From positions 1-32,998 of the IMG/VR virus record IMGVR_UViG_3300012971_000051: DNA of 32,998 bases; one strand, written 5' to 3'. The position numbers and the translations under genes are program-made. The notes under the pieces were generated by a model, which saw only the letters and a program-made list of their open reading frames with translations, was not told the origin of the DNA and did not search any database. Source of the DNA: a virus. Taxonomy: Duplodnaviria; Caudoviricetes. The stretch's first letter is position 1; each line of letters begins with the position of its first letter. Below, piece after piece: positions 24,459-32,998 of this stretch.

Positions 24459-24815
24459 ATGGACGTTGGAAACGTCGGGACACTGCCGCCGGGGACGAGC
24501 CTGTCCCGTGCTTCGCATGCGTGGGAGTATGAATGCTTCTCGCGACTGGGCCCGCTGACACGTGACGTGCTGAACTATGCGTTGCTGCCGATCTCGGCAG
24601 CGGATGTGTACGTGTTCTGGGAAAGGCGAGGGGCGTTGAACGATGCTCGGATCGCTGAGGATTTGAAAACGCGGGTCGCGACATTGACGGGCGTGCCGTA
24701 CGCACGCGCTGTGGTGCAGAGGAGATATGGAAAAGGTAAACAGTTGGGAGCAGCGGTTCGAGAGGAGCGCTTGGTTTCGGCTGCCCAAGGAGCTGAGGTT
24801 TCGGTGGTGGCGTGA
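24459..24815 (+). CDS. Hypothetical protein
   Basis: GGAG SD before ATG 24459; fills the gap in a co-oriented operon. Confidence 0.4.
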   Translation: MDVGNVGTLPPGTSLSRASHAWEYECFSRLGPLTRDVLNYALLPISAADVYVFWERRGALNDARIAEDLKTRVATLTGVPYARAVVQRRYGKGKQLGAAVREERLVSAAQGAEVSVVA

Positions 24816-24901
24816 AACTCAGTATAGCGCTTTGGAGCCTAGTGAAGAGTTGGTCAAGGAAGTACAGAAAGTGTTGGCGCTGAAATAGCGCGGGTATAGC
24901 G

Positions 24902-25360
24902 ATGAAGAAGCCAAAGAAGCGACCTGGGTTCAAGAAGAGGTCGAGCGGGCGTGCTTTCAAAAAGGGGGATAAGAAGCCTGTAACCTCGGGGCGGCGGAAG
25001 GGTGTTCAGAACCGGGTCACGTTGCTGGCGAAGGAAATGATAGAGGCGGCGTGTAATGAAATAGGTGGTTTGCAGCGGATGGTGAAATGGATACTACGCT
25101 CGGACAAGAACGAAACTATTTTCTGGGGTTCGATATATCCGAGAATGCTGCCGCTGCAGGTCAATGCGATGATCCAAAACAATGTGAATGTTCGGATCAC
25201 GCGCGAGGAGCTGGCGAAGCAGTTGGAGGCGAAAGGTTTGCCGCCGCTGGTGTTTGGGCGTGACAAGCCGAAGGAGATCACGGTTGATTACAGCGCTGGA
25301 GATCAGACCGGTGACGTTTCGGCAAGCGGTAGCGTTCGTGGGGAAACACCATCGTCATAA
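24902..25360 (+). CDS. Putative terminase small subunit / DNA-packaging protein
   Basis: Basic N-terminus FKKG...GRRKGVQNRVT and FWGSIYPRMLP; upstream of TerL. Confidence 0.55.
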   Translation: MKKPKKRPGFKKRSSGRAFKKGDKKPVTSGRRKGVQNRVTLLAKEMIEAACNEIGGLQRMVKWILRSDKNETIFWGSIYPRMLPLQVNAMIQNNVNVRITREELAKQLEAKGLPPLVFGRDKPKEITVDYSAGDQTGDVSASGSVRGETPSS

Positions 25361-25751
25361 CAAGCCGCCACGTGGGCATAAGTTTAGTATTGGATTGTTC
25401 AACGGAAAACTTGTTGGCGTGGTCATGGCAGGTAGACCGGTGGCGCGGGCGTTCGACGATGGATTGACATTGGAGATCAATCGTACCTGTACTCTGGGGC
25501 ACAAGAACGCCAACAGCATGTTGTACGGTGCGGCGTGGCGGGCAGCGAAGGCGATGGGGTATCGGCGGGCGGTTACGTATACACGCAAGGATGAGAGTGG
25601 CGTGTCGTTGCGCGCGGCAGGTTGGCGTAAAATTGCGGAGTTGCCGGCGCGTAGTTCATGGGCACAGAGCACCAAAGACAAGCGTTTGCATAAGATGCGT
25701 GATGCTGATGGTCCTGGTGGCGTCGATCGTATTCGTTGGGAGATTCCATGA
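25284..25751 (+). CDS. XF1762-family / Mom-like GNAT-fold DNA modification protein
   Basis: HHRH..PP.G.KFSIG, GRPVARAFDDG.TLEINR, NANSMLYGAAWRAAKAMGY, ESGVSLRAAGW; TTG start after AAGGAG. Confidence 0.8.
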   Translation: MITALEIRPVTFRQAVAFVGKHHRHNKPPRGHKFSIGLFNGKLVGVVMAGRPVARAFDDGLTLEINRTCTLGHKNANSMLYGAAWRAAKAMGYRRAVTYTRKDESGVSLRAAGWRKIAELPARSSWAQSTKDKRLHKMRDADGPGGVDRIRWEIP

Positions 25752-25883
25752 TTGTGACGATGACGACACGAAGGGGGTTGATAACGGGGCTGGTTAGTTT
25801 GTTCGCGGTGCCTGTGATCGTACGTGCGGATTCATTGATGCGTGTGCGTGGCGTGATCCTGCCGCAGGAGGGGTGGGTGTGAG

Positions 25884-26177
25884 ATGAAAGCGACGGACAT
25901 TGCCGCCAAAGCGGCCGAACTCATTGGCGGCGAGCGTGAGCATGTGCATGGCGACAAGTACACAAACCACACCCGCATTGCGGCGGTATGGAATGGCATT
26001 CTTGCTGCGGCTGACAAAGCGCCTGCGACGCCGCTCGACGCCCATGATGTTGCGAACATGATGGAAGGTCTGAAGATCGCTCGGCGTTACACCGGCCGTT
26101 TCAATATCGACGACTATATCGACGGCGCTGGTTATGCGGCTTGCGCTGGTGAGATTGCTGCGAAAGATAACGGATGA
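25884..26177 (+). CDS. DUF6378-like protein
   Basis: R...HGD...N..RIAAVW...DVANMM..LKIAR...DDYIDGAGYAA. Confidence 0.8.
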   Translation: MKATDIAAKAAELIGGEREHVHGDKYTNHTRIAAVWNGILAAADKAPATPLDAHDVANMMEGLKIARRYTGRFNIDDYIDGAGYAACAGEIAAKDNG

Positions 26178-26180
26178 TCC

Positions 26181-27641
26181 ATGCACGGTGGTTTTGACCT
26201 CGTCGATCCCAGTGCTGCGGTGCCATGGGAATTGATGGCGCAGGATGAATCGCGCGAAAGTTTCTGGGCGTTCCGGCAGTACATCAATTATCCGCGGTTG
26301 GTTCGAGGCTGGTGGACGCGTGAGGTGGCGTTGGAGTTGCACCGGTTTTGGAATGATTACAGTCGTGGACGCCGTCCCAAGCTGTTGATACAGTCGCCGC
26401 CGCAACACGGAAAGTCGACTGCGATAATCGACTGGATGGCGTGGGTGATCGGGCAGAAGCCGGAATTGAAACTGATATTTGCATCGTTTTCGGAGCGGTT
26501 GGGTATCAGGGCTAATTTGAGATTGCAAAGGATACTCAGTTCGGAAAAATACAAAGGTATATTCGGGAAGGATTTGCTGGCCAACAGTCCGCAACGCACG
26601 GTGAAATTTTTCGAGCTGGAGAATGATGGATATTTCAAGAATACGACGTTGGAAGGTCAGATTACAGGCGAGGGTCTGGATTTGGGCATCGTCGATGATC
26701 CCATCAAGGGCCGCGCGGAGGCGTCTTCGGAACTTATTCGCGACAAAGCTTGGAATTGGATGACTGACGATTTCATGTCGCGCTTCGCCGACAACGGCGC
26801 GATGCTGATGATTATGACCCGTTGGCACCTCGACGATCCGGCTGGGCGTTTGATCGCGCAATATCCTGGGGTTCGTGTGCTGTGCTATCCGGCGCTTGCC
26901 GAAGAGAATGAGACTCACGAGGGGCTCGACGGGCAGCCGGTCACACGGCGGGTTGGCGATCCGTTGTTCCCAGAGCTGAAGAGCCTCGAATTCTTAACTA
27001 AGCAACGTGCGGTGATGACGCTGGCCGGCTGGCAGTCGGTGTATCAGCAGTCGCCGATCGTCGCTGGTGGCGACATGTTTCCGATCGACAAGATCGAGGT
27101 GGTGCCGGAACGACCTTCCCCTTCCCTGGTGGCCTCAGCAGCGCGCTACTGGGACAAGGCCGGGACCTCGGAGGGCGGCGCATATTCGGCGGGTGTGCTG
27201 ATGCTACGCATGAATGACGGCACATTCACTGTTGCCGATGTGCGCCGCGCCCAGTGGGGCGCGCTGGAGCGCGAGCGCGTCATTAAGCAGACGGCGCAGA
27301 TCGATGAAGAGCTGTATCCGTACACCAAGATTTGGCTGGAGCAGGAGCCGGGATCGGGAGGCAAGGAAAGTGCGGAAGCATCTATCCGAATGCTTGCTGG
27401 TTTTAGTGCTGAGGCTGATCGTGTTACCGGTGATAAGGTTGCTCGCGCTGATCCATTCGCAGCACAGTGGCAGGCCGGAAACGTACGGATTGTGCGTGCC
27501 GGATGGAACCGTGATTACCTGGACGAGCACGAGCACTTCCCCGTCGGCAAGTACAAGGATCAAGTAGACGCATCGAGCGGCGCGTTCAACAAGATTGCTT
27601 CGAAGTACCGATATCCGAGCGATCTTTCGTGGGTGAAGTGA
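26181..27641 (+). CDS. terL: Terminase large subunit
   Basis: Walker A PPQHGKS; Walker B GIVDDPIK; MTRWHLDD; nuclease YWDKAG...EQEPGSGGK...KDQVDASS. Confidence 0.93.
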   Translation: MHGGFDLVDPSAAVPWELMAQDESRESFWAFRQYINYPRLVRGWWTREVALELHRFWNDYSRGRRPKLLIQSPPQHGKSTAIIDWMAWVIGQKPELKLIFASFSERLGIRANLRLQRILSSEKYKGIFGKDLLANSPQRTVKFFELENDGYFKNTTLEGQITGEGLDLGIVDDPIKGRAEASSELIRDKAWNWMTDDFMSRFADNGAMLMIMTRWHLDDPAGRLIAQYPGVRVLCYPALAEENETHEGLDGQPVTRRVGDPLFPELKSLEFLTKQRAVMTLAGWQSVYQQSPIVAGGDMFPIDKIEVVPERPSPSLVASAARYWDKAGTSEGGAYSAGVLMLRMNDGTFTVADVRRAQWGALERERVIKQTAQIDEELYPYTKIWLEQEPGSGGKESAEASIRMLAGFSAEADRVTGDKVARADPFAAQWQAGNVRIVRAGWNRDYLDEHEHFPVGKYKDQVDASSGAFNKIASKYRYPSDLSWVK

Positions 27642-27865
27642 TGAAGTCTGCGGCGCACAAACAGGAGCTGAAGGCGAAGCGCGCACGCAAGGCAGCGCTG
27701 GCGTTCGAGCTGCGTCTGGTCTGGCTGTTGGCGCGGCGTGACAACTATTCACGTACAGTTCAGGAGTATCTCAACAACGCGCGGCGCTGGATTGCATGTG
27801 GCGACATTCCGCGGACATATAAGCGAGAGATGAAGAAATGCCCGAAGCTCAAGCTGGTGTCGTAG
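27641..27865 (+). CDS. Basic hypothetical protein
   Basis: TGATG coupling to terL. Confidence 0.55.
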   Translation: MKSAAHKQELKAKRARKAALAFELRLVWLLARRDNYSRTVQEYLNNARRWIACGDIPRTYKREMKKCPKLKLVS

Positions 27866-28056
27866 TCAAGCTTCCGGTGAACAGTTGGGCGCAACGACGC
27901 TTGGCGTGCTGGCACAAGCGCGAGCGTTTGATTGCTCAGCGCGATCGGCTCATCCGACGTATCGATGCTCTGACATACATGATTGAGAAGATCTATTCTC
28001 CGGAAGCAGAACGGCGTTCCGCCGAATTTTGGGAGCAAATGCGTGAACGAACCTAA
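27838..28056 (+). CDS. Hypothetical protein
   Basis: Tiles with its neighbours; helical. Confidence 0.5.
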   Translation: MPEAQAGVVVKLPVNSWAQRRLACWHKRERLIAQRDRLIRRIDALTYMIEKIYSPEAERRSAEFWEQMRERT

Positions 28057-28213
28057 GCCACTTAGGTGCTGCTTCGGTTGCGCGCAGCCGATCGAGGAGG
28101 TGGAGGAGGCGACGCGCGATCTGCTCGGTCGTATGTGGCACCGCGCGTGTTACGATAGGGCCGCCGAGAATTTTTTGACCGATGTCAAGGCAAAGCTGCC
28201 GCGGCACGTATGA
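28043..28213 (+). CDS. Small LIM-like zinc-finger protein (CFGC...WHRAC)
   Basis: GTG start after GGAG; CxxC...HxxC. Confidence 0.5.
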   Translation: MNEPKPLRCCFGCAQPIEEVEEATRDLLGRMWHRACYDRAAENFLTDVKAKLPRHV

Positions 28214-28477
28214 TTGAGTTCTTACGGCTGCTGCTGTTCTGGGTGGTGATGGTGGTGTTTTTCTCGATGATCTTTTTCGTGGTCTTCGAAATGATGAACC
28301 GGGCGGTGGTGGAATGACGCACGCACAGTTGCTGTTCTTTTTAGCTGATAAAGCTAAATCCGATGATGCAACGATGTACACGTAGTTCGTTGAGCTGTTC
28401 AGTGATCCGATCGCGCTGACAATTATTCTCTGCACTGTGCTGTTGTCAGGGGTATTGGTGCTGTGGATGACAACGTG

Positions 28478-28945
28478 ATGTTGGACGTCAAAAAAAGATG
28501 GAAGAAATGGTGCCTCGCTGCTGCACGTCGCGAAGGCGATGTGGAGGTCAGTGCTGGGCGCATTGAGCTTGCTGTCAAAGACCAAAGCGGCGCACTGATT
28601 ACGGTTGGCGCTCATGTGCGCTTCGATGATCGGGTGTATCGTGTCACCGATGTGTATCGCGGCAAGCTGTCGATCATCGGCGTGCAGTTGCGGAATGGCG
28701 TTTACTGCGAGCTGCTTGCTGATCAGGTGGAGCTGGTAAAGGAGTCACTGGGCGACCCTGACTGCGAGGTGTGCCATGGCACCGGCACGATCCCCAATCC
28801 CGATCCACGGTGGCCCGGGACCTATGCGTGGTGTTCCTGCCTCAAAACTGATCGACCGCGAGACCCGCCGCAGCGCGGTCCCCTGCAATGGCTGCACACT
28901 GTGTTGTCGTACTTTGATCGTGCCGCTCGCGGAGGAAGAGTTTGA
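28478..28945 (+). CDS. Hypothetical protein with an SH3/KOW-like segment and a CxxCxGxG finger
   Basis: TGATG-coupled start; ITVGAHVRF...YRVT; CEVCHGTG...CSC. Confidence 0.5.
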   Translation: MLDVKKRWKKWCLAAARREGDVEVSAGRIELAVKDQSGALITVGAHVRFDDRVYRVTDVYRGKLSIIGVQLRNGVYCELLADQVELVKESLGDPDCEVCHGTGTIPNPDPRWPGTYAWCSCLKTDRPRDPPQRGPLQWLHTVLSYFDRAARGGRV

Positions 28946-29210
28946 ATTGTACGATTGGGTCTGGATCGAGAAGGACGGCAAGCGCCTTGGACGCGCTCTT
29001 AAGCGTCGTCCTGATGGTGCTTGCGTATATCTCTCTGATGATCATGGATGCACCATTCACGGCCGCGCTCCTCACGTTTGCCAGCGTTTTGATTGCCGCG
29101 ACCTTGTTGTGAAGTGGAATCGCAACGAACGTCGCCACATGGTGAACTCGGGCCAGTTGCCGAAGTCGTTGTTCATCAAAGGACGCGAGATGTTGGGGAA
29201 GATGAAATGA
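28824..29210 (+). CDS. YkgJ-family CxxCxxCC cysteine-cluster protein
   Basis: CNGCTLCC...GACVYL...CTIH..AP.VCQRFDC; start uncertain. Confidence 0.78.
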   Translation: MRGVPASKLIDRETRRSAVPCNGCTLCCRTLIVPLAEEEFELYDWVWIEKDGKRLGRALKRRPDGACVYLSDDHGCTIHGRAPHVCQRFDCRDLVVKWNRNERRHMVNSGQLPKSLFIKGREMLGKMK

Positions 29211-29527
29211 CTGGGCCGGGCGCTGAGGAAGAGATTCAGGAATATGGCGCCGACTATGGACGCAAGCCCAAGCCTGCGTTCCGTCTCGCCATGCGTCATG
29301 AAGGCGACAAGTGGAACGCGTACGTTGCGCGCCCGAACACCATGGACGGCGCGATCTGGATCGGCTCGATCGCGATGCGGTTCGTCGAGCACGACAAAAT
29401 TCGCAAGGATGCGTTCCTGGCGATCATGCGCGACGCACTCGCTGCGCTGGCCGAGGAGGTCACGGGAGGCAAGATCGGTTGGGACGACCCGGTCGCTGCG
29501 CCCGAGCATGAGAGGATGAAGACGTGA
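29207..29527 (+). CDS. Hypothetical phage protein
   Basis: ATGA-coupled; RLAMRHEG..WNAY motif. Confidence 0.65.
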   Translation: MTGPGAEEEIQEYGADYGRKPKPAFRLAMRHEGDKWNAYVARPNTMDGAIWIGSIAMRFVEHDKIRKDAFLAIMRDALAALAEEVTGGKIGWDDPVAAPEHERMKT

Positions 29528-29627
29528 GGTGGCTGCTCGGCTTCCTGGTGACAGGCAAGTGGCAGTGCTCGATCTGCGGCAAGTACAGCGACACCAAGCG
29601 CGGCGTGTGCGTGCCGGTGAGGTACAA

Positions 29628-29858
29628 GTGAATTTGAAGCTGGGTTTGAACGTCGAAGCGTTGCGGCTGTTGTCTCCAGAGGCGCAGCAGTGGTTTCCAT
29701 ATACGATGCAGGATGTGGAAATGTTCAGCGACCTTTTGAACGAGTGGAAGGTTGAGCCTAGCCTCGATCAAATACGTGTTGTTATTCTTGGACAGATCAT
29801 GCGGCGCTGGGATTTGAGTTGGTATGTGAAGCGCGCAAAAGTAAGGTTAACCACTTAA
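29628..29858 (+). CDS. Hypothetical protein
   Basis: GAGGT SD before GTG. Confidence 0.45.
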   Translation: MNLKLGLNVEALRLLSPEAQQWFPYTMQDVEMFSDLLNEWKVEPSLDQIRVVILGQIMRRWDLSWYVKRAKVRLTT

Positions 29859-29870
29859 CCACAGGAGACC

Positions 29871-30266
29871 ATGATGAGCGCAAAACCGGTAATGATGACG
29901 GGCGTGATCTATCCGATGGACAAGATGCATGCGCCAATGGCGGTGTCATTCGTCGGCAATGCGTGGGACCCGACGCTGAGTGTTGGCGGCGGACCGGTAA
30001 TTCCACCCGAGCAGCCACCCGGCGTGCCGATCCATCCGATCTGGGGACCTCCAGGGTTCAACCCGCCAGGGCCTGGAATGCCTCCTGGCATCGGAGGTGG
30101 GCCGATCATTCCCGATCCGCCGACCGAGCCGCCGCAGCCCGAGCCGCCGCCGATCACCATCGTGATCAAGCCGCCGCCTGCTGAAGGCGGCTGGGGTTGG
30201 ATGGGGCCGCCCATCAACGCGTGGGGCTATTTCCCGCCGCCCGGCACGGCTGGGCCGAAGCGTTAA
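29871..30266 (+). CDS. Pro/Gly-rich protein
   Basis: SD AGGAG; repeated GGGP(V/I)IP and PIHPIWGPP; WGW/WGY tail. Confidence 0.7.
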   Translation: MMSAKPVMMTGVIYPMDKMHAPMAVSFVGNAWDPTLSVGGGPVIPPEQPPGVPIHPIWGPPGFNPPGPGMPPGIGGGPIIPDPPTEPPQPEPPPITIVIKPPPAEGGWGWMGPPINAWGYFPPPGTAGPKR

Positions 30267-30314
30267 GCTCGTTCAGCCTCCGCCCGGTCGACGGGCCGGG
30301 CGGAGAGTAAAACC

Positions 30315-30425
30315 ATGGGCAAACGCTTGTTGATCACGCTCGCGGTCATTCTCGCCGTGATCTTCGTGCTGTTCATGATCGGCAGTCTGGAGTGGGACGG
30401 ACATTTGCGGATTGGACCTGAGTGA
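30315..30425 (+). CDS. 36-aa single-TM protein
   Basis: MGKRLLITLAVILAVIFVLFMIGSLEWDGHLRIGPE; GGAG SD. Not in the ORF track. Confidence 0.5.
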   Translation: MGKRLLITLAVILAVIFVLFMIGSLEWDGHLRIGPE

Positions 30426-30652
30426 ATCCAGGCGTGAGTGAAGAAGCCGGTCAGACCGCGCGTAGTGTCATCGAGGCGCTCAAGAGCAACCCCGCCACTT
30501 TGGCTTTGATCGTCGCCAACACCGCGATGCTGATCTTCATTTTCTATGCGCTGGCGAAGGGCGCCGAGTTTCGTGACACCATGATCAAGCAGAATTTCGA
30601 GTATCAGCGCGAAGTATCGCAGTTGTTGGCGCGTTGCGTGGTTCCGAAGTGA
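30422..30652 (+). CDS. Single-TM protein, holin candidate
   Basis: One TM helix (LALIVANTAMLIFIFYAL) and an amphipathic tail; near the endolysin. The holin role is inferred. Confidence 0.55.
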   Translation: MNPGVSEEAGQTARSVIEALKSNPATLALIVANTAMLIFIFYALAKGAEFRDTMIKQNFEYQREVSQLLARCVVPK

Positions 30653-30732
30653 TCTGCCCACGCTGCGGCCAGCCGATGCTGATCGGCGGCTTTCGCGGCT
30701 ATTGTTTTCCGTGTGCCGCAAAGGAGGCCAAC

Positions 30733-30861
30733 ATGGCTGAAGAGAAAAAGCCTGAACCACCGAAGCAACCTAAGCCGCCGCCGAAAGAGGACGAGGCGCA
30801 CAGGAACCGCGCGCCCGAGGGCCAGCCGGCGACTGTGGTGATTCCGCCGAATCAAAGATGA
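30733..30861 (+). CDS. Small Pro/Lys-rich protein
   Basis: AAAGGAGG SD before MAEEKK. Confidence 0.45.
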   Translation: MAEEKKPEPPKQPKPPPKEDEAHRNRAPEGQPATVVIPPNQR

Positions 30862-31034
30862 GAGACATCTGGCACGCATTGGAGTGGAACGAGCAGCGTG
30901 ATGCGCTGGTGCGCAATCTAACCTCGATGATCCTGAGCTGGGATCAGAATGGTCACTTGTTCATGCACCGTGACGACATCAGCCAGCTGGTGCATGCTGT
31001 CGAGCTGCTGAAACGTTGCCAGCTGAAAGAATAG
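30858..31034 (+). CDS. 58-aa hypothetical protein
   Basis: ATGA-coupled, MRDIWHALEW...; not in the ORF track. Confidence 0.5.
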   Translation: MRDIWHALEWNEQRDALVRNLTSMILSWDQNGHLFMHRDDISQLVHAVELLKRCQLKE

Positions 31035-31208
31035 GACACGCGGCCCCCAGCCGCGTTCAAGGCTGCTGCACCACGCTCATGTCCCCCAGACACCCCCCAG
31101 AGAGCGCAGCAGCCTTCTTTTGAATTTCCACGCGGCCGGGAAATCCGCGTGGGATAGAAGGCCGCCTCGCGTCTCAACGATGCGGCCTTCCCTTCAGGAG
31201 GAACATGA

Positions 31209-31499
31209 GTGGACTGGGATTCGCTGTGGCAGGACTGCGTTCCGGAGCGCACACGGTTGATGCTCAGGCGTGTCAACGCAGCCGAGCATCGCGCCAACAA
31301 TGCGCTGGCGCTCGCCGACGAAACGCACACCAAGCTGGAAGGGGTCAAGGTTGATCTCGCGCGCGCCAACGAGCGCATCAAGTTGCTCCAGGCTCAGTTC
31401 TCGGAAGAGGGCTACTGGGAAAAGCAGTGGCGCAACGAAGCCGCGGCGCGCCAATGGGCCGAGGCCAAGCTGAGTGAGAAACGTGCAAGTGTTAAGTGA
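31209..31499 (+). CDS. Coiled-coil hypothetical protein
   Basis: AGGAGG SD; heptad pattern. Confidence 0.6.
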   Translation: MDWDSLWQDCVPERTRLMLRRVNAAEHRANNALALADETHTKLEGVKVDLARANERIKLLQAQFSEEGYWEKQWRNEAAARQWAEAKLSEKRASVK

Positions 31500-31508
31500 G
31501 GTGAGATG

Positions 31509-32998
31509 ATGCGACGGATCGCAATCTCGTCGGGACACGGCAAATACATCAGGGGCGCGCGTGGCAATCCGGTCCCGCCCCAGCTCGATGAGGTCGACGA
31601 GGCTCGCCGTGTGGTCGAGCATGTCGCCGACTATCTGTCGTCTGCCGGTGTGCAGCACGTCACCTTCCACGACAACACCAGTCACGATCAGAACACCAAC
31701 CTCAACGCCATCGTGAACTGGCACAACAAGCAGTCCCGCGATCTCGATGTCTCGGTGCATTTCAACGCCTACGATCACACCGCGCACGGTGTCGAGGTTT
31801 TGTACGTGACGCAACAATCTCTAGCGAACGAGCTGTCGTCCGCGATCTCGGTGGTTGGCCATTTCACCAACCGCGGACCGAAGAAACGCACCGACCTATT
31901 CTTTTTGAATAATACGTCAAAACCGGCAATACTCATTGAAACCTGTTTCTGCGATAATACCGGAGACAGCAATAACTATAACCAGTATTTTGACGCGATT
32001 TGCCATGCCATCGCCGAGACGATTGCCGATGTATCAATTTCTGATACGCCGGGTGGACAGCCGCCCACCGAGCAGCCGCCGAGCACTCATGACCCGTGGT
32101 CAGTGCCGATCGACAGCCGCTCCGTGGTCGGCATGGGCGATACCGGTAAGGACGTGGCTGATCTTCAGCAGATGCTGCCGCGGTTCTCGGGTAATGTTGA
32201 CGGTGACTTCGGGCCGATCACCGAAGGTGCGGTGTTCGACTATCAGCGCACCCGCGATCTCGATGTCGACGGCGTCGTCGGCCAGCAGACCTGGGGCGCG
32301 CTGTACGAGCGCAAGCCTCCGGTGCGAACTCCCACCCCTCTCTCCCCGGTGGAGCAGGAGCGCATCAAGAAGATTGCGCGCGAATCCTCGATCGCCGAGT
32401 ATCCGTGGAAGGATCGCGGTGTCGCGCCTACGGGGTATACACAAGGAATGGCACTGGCGTTTGCGAGTTCATATCGCCGGCTGCTCGCCGAGCATCCCGC
32501 CGTGCTGGAGATGGCAAAGGCGCGCACCACTTCGGACAAGGATGCGCTACATGTCTACAAATCCAAGTTCGATCAGCTCGGAATGTCCAACGAAACCGGC
32601 GGCGCCGATACCCTTCGCCACCTCTACGCCCTTATGTTGGGGTCCGGAATGCGCGAGAGTTCGGGACGATATTGCGAGGGCCGTGACCTATCTGCGAGTA
32701 ACGTGCAGTCCGACACTGCGGAGGCCGGGCTATTCCAAACCAGTTATAACGCTCATTCCGCTTCTGATCCTGAGTTCTCAGGTCTGATGTCGGAATACAC
32801 CGATGATGGCAGTGCATGTTGGACTCCGACCTTTGCCGATGGCGTGTCGTGCAGCTCCTCGGAATGGGACTGCTACGGTTCCGGCTCCGGCTACAAATTT
32901 CAGGAGCTGTGCAAGAACTGTCCGATGTTCGCGGTCGAGACCCACGGCCTGACCTTGCGAAACCTGTGCAATCATTACGGCCCGATCGTCCGCAAGGA
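31509..32998 (+). CDS. Endolysin: Amidase_3 + peptidoglycan-binding domain + lysozyme-like C-terminal domain (3' truncated)
   Basis: Hand translation: IAISSGHG...E...VSVHFNA...GVEV...AILIETCF (Zn amidase); DVADLQQ...VDGDFGPITEGAV..YQ...VDGVVGQQTW (PG_binding_1); MRESSG...AGLFQTS. Missing from the ORF track because there is no stop in the window. Confidence 0.9.
   Translation, partial: MRRIAISSGHGKYIRGARGNPVPPQLDEVDEARRVVEHVADYLSSAGVQHVTFHDNTSHDQNTNLNAIVNWHNKQSRDLDVSVHFNAYDHTAHGVEVLYVTQQSLANELSSAISVVGHFTNRGPKKRTDLFFLNNTSKPAILIETCFCDNTGDSNNYNQYFDAICHAIAETIADVSISDTPGGQPPTEQPPSTHDPWSVPIDSRSVVGMGDTGKDVADLQQMLPRFSGNVDGDFGPITEGAVFDYQRTRDLDVDGVVGQQTWGALYERKPPVRTPTPLSPVEQERIKKIARESSIAEYPWKDRGVAPTGYTQGMALAFASSYRRLLAEHPAVLEMAKARTTSDKDALHVYKSKFDQLGMSNETGGADTLRHLYALMLGSGMRESSGRYCEGRDLSASNVQSDTAEAGLFQTSYNAHSASDPEFSGLMSEYTDDGSACWTPTFADGVSCSSSEWDCYGSGSGYKFQELCKNCPMFAVETHGLTLRNLCNHYGPIVRK

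Noticed and set aside
31936-32787. 283-aa ORF in the track
   Set aside because: It is an alternative frame of the endolysin gene, which has clear catalytic motifs.
1-32998. Genome-wide stop-codon reassignment
   Set aside because: All conserved genes are intact under the standard code and several end in TAG at sensible positions; no tRNA gene was seen.

Overview
GC-rich segment of a tailed dsDNA phage or prophage, probably infecting Alphaproteobacteria (inferred from the NusG-like late regulator, the RHH protein type and the CTTGAC-N17-CTATAT-like promoter). Layout: (1) 1-11624, a leftward operon of many small, translationally coupled accessory genes plus MazG-like and SNF2 helicase genes. 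(2) 11623-20482, a rightward replication module: VRR-NUC/RHH, DNA methyltransferase fused to a Cas4-like exonuclease, SSB-like protein, family A DNA polymerase, PrimPol and D5-type helicase, followed by an origin-like palindrome. (3) 20673-23450, leftward MTase and ParB-like genes. (4) 23548 to the end, rightward Cro-like, NusG-like, terminase, Mom-like, small ORFs and a multi-domain endolysin that runs off the window. The main finding is at 1918-4089. A stand-alone RAMP/Cas7-like gene and a ParB-like gene are followed directly by an 829-bp array of GGY-NN pentamers. GGAC punctuation splits the array into 13 distinct units of 51-86 nt, which looks like a guide-RNA array carrying its information in the variable dinucleotides (VIPR-like). 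Other oddities: a J-domain-like HPDKGG insert inside the DNA polymerase, helicase and VRR-NUC genes starting head-to-head on one CATG, and several in-frame fusions that keep internal start signals. All calls come from reading motifs by eye; no database searches were run.
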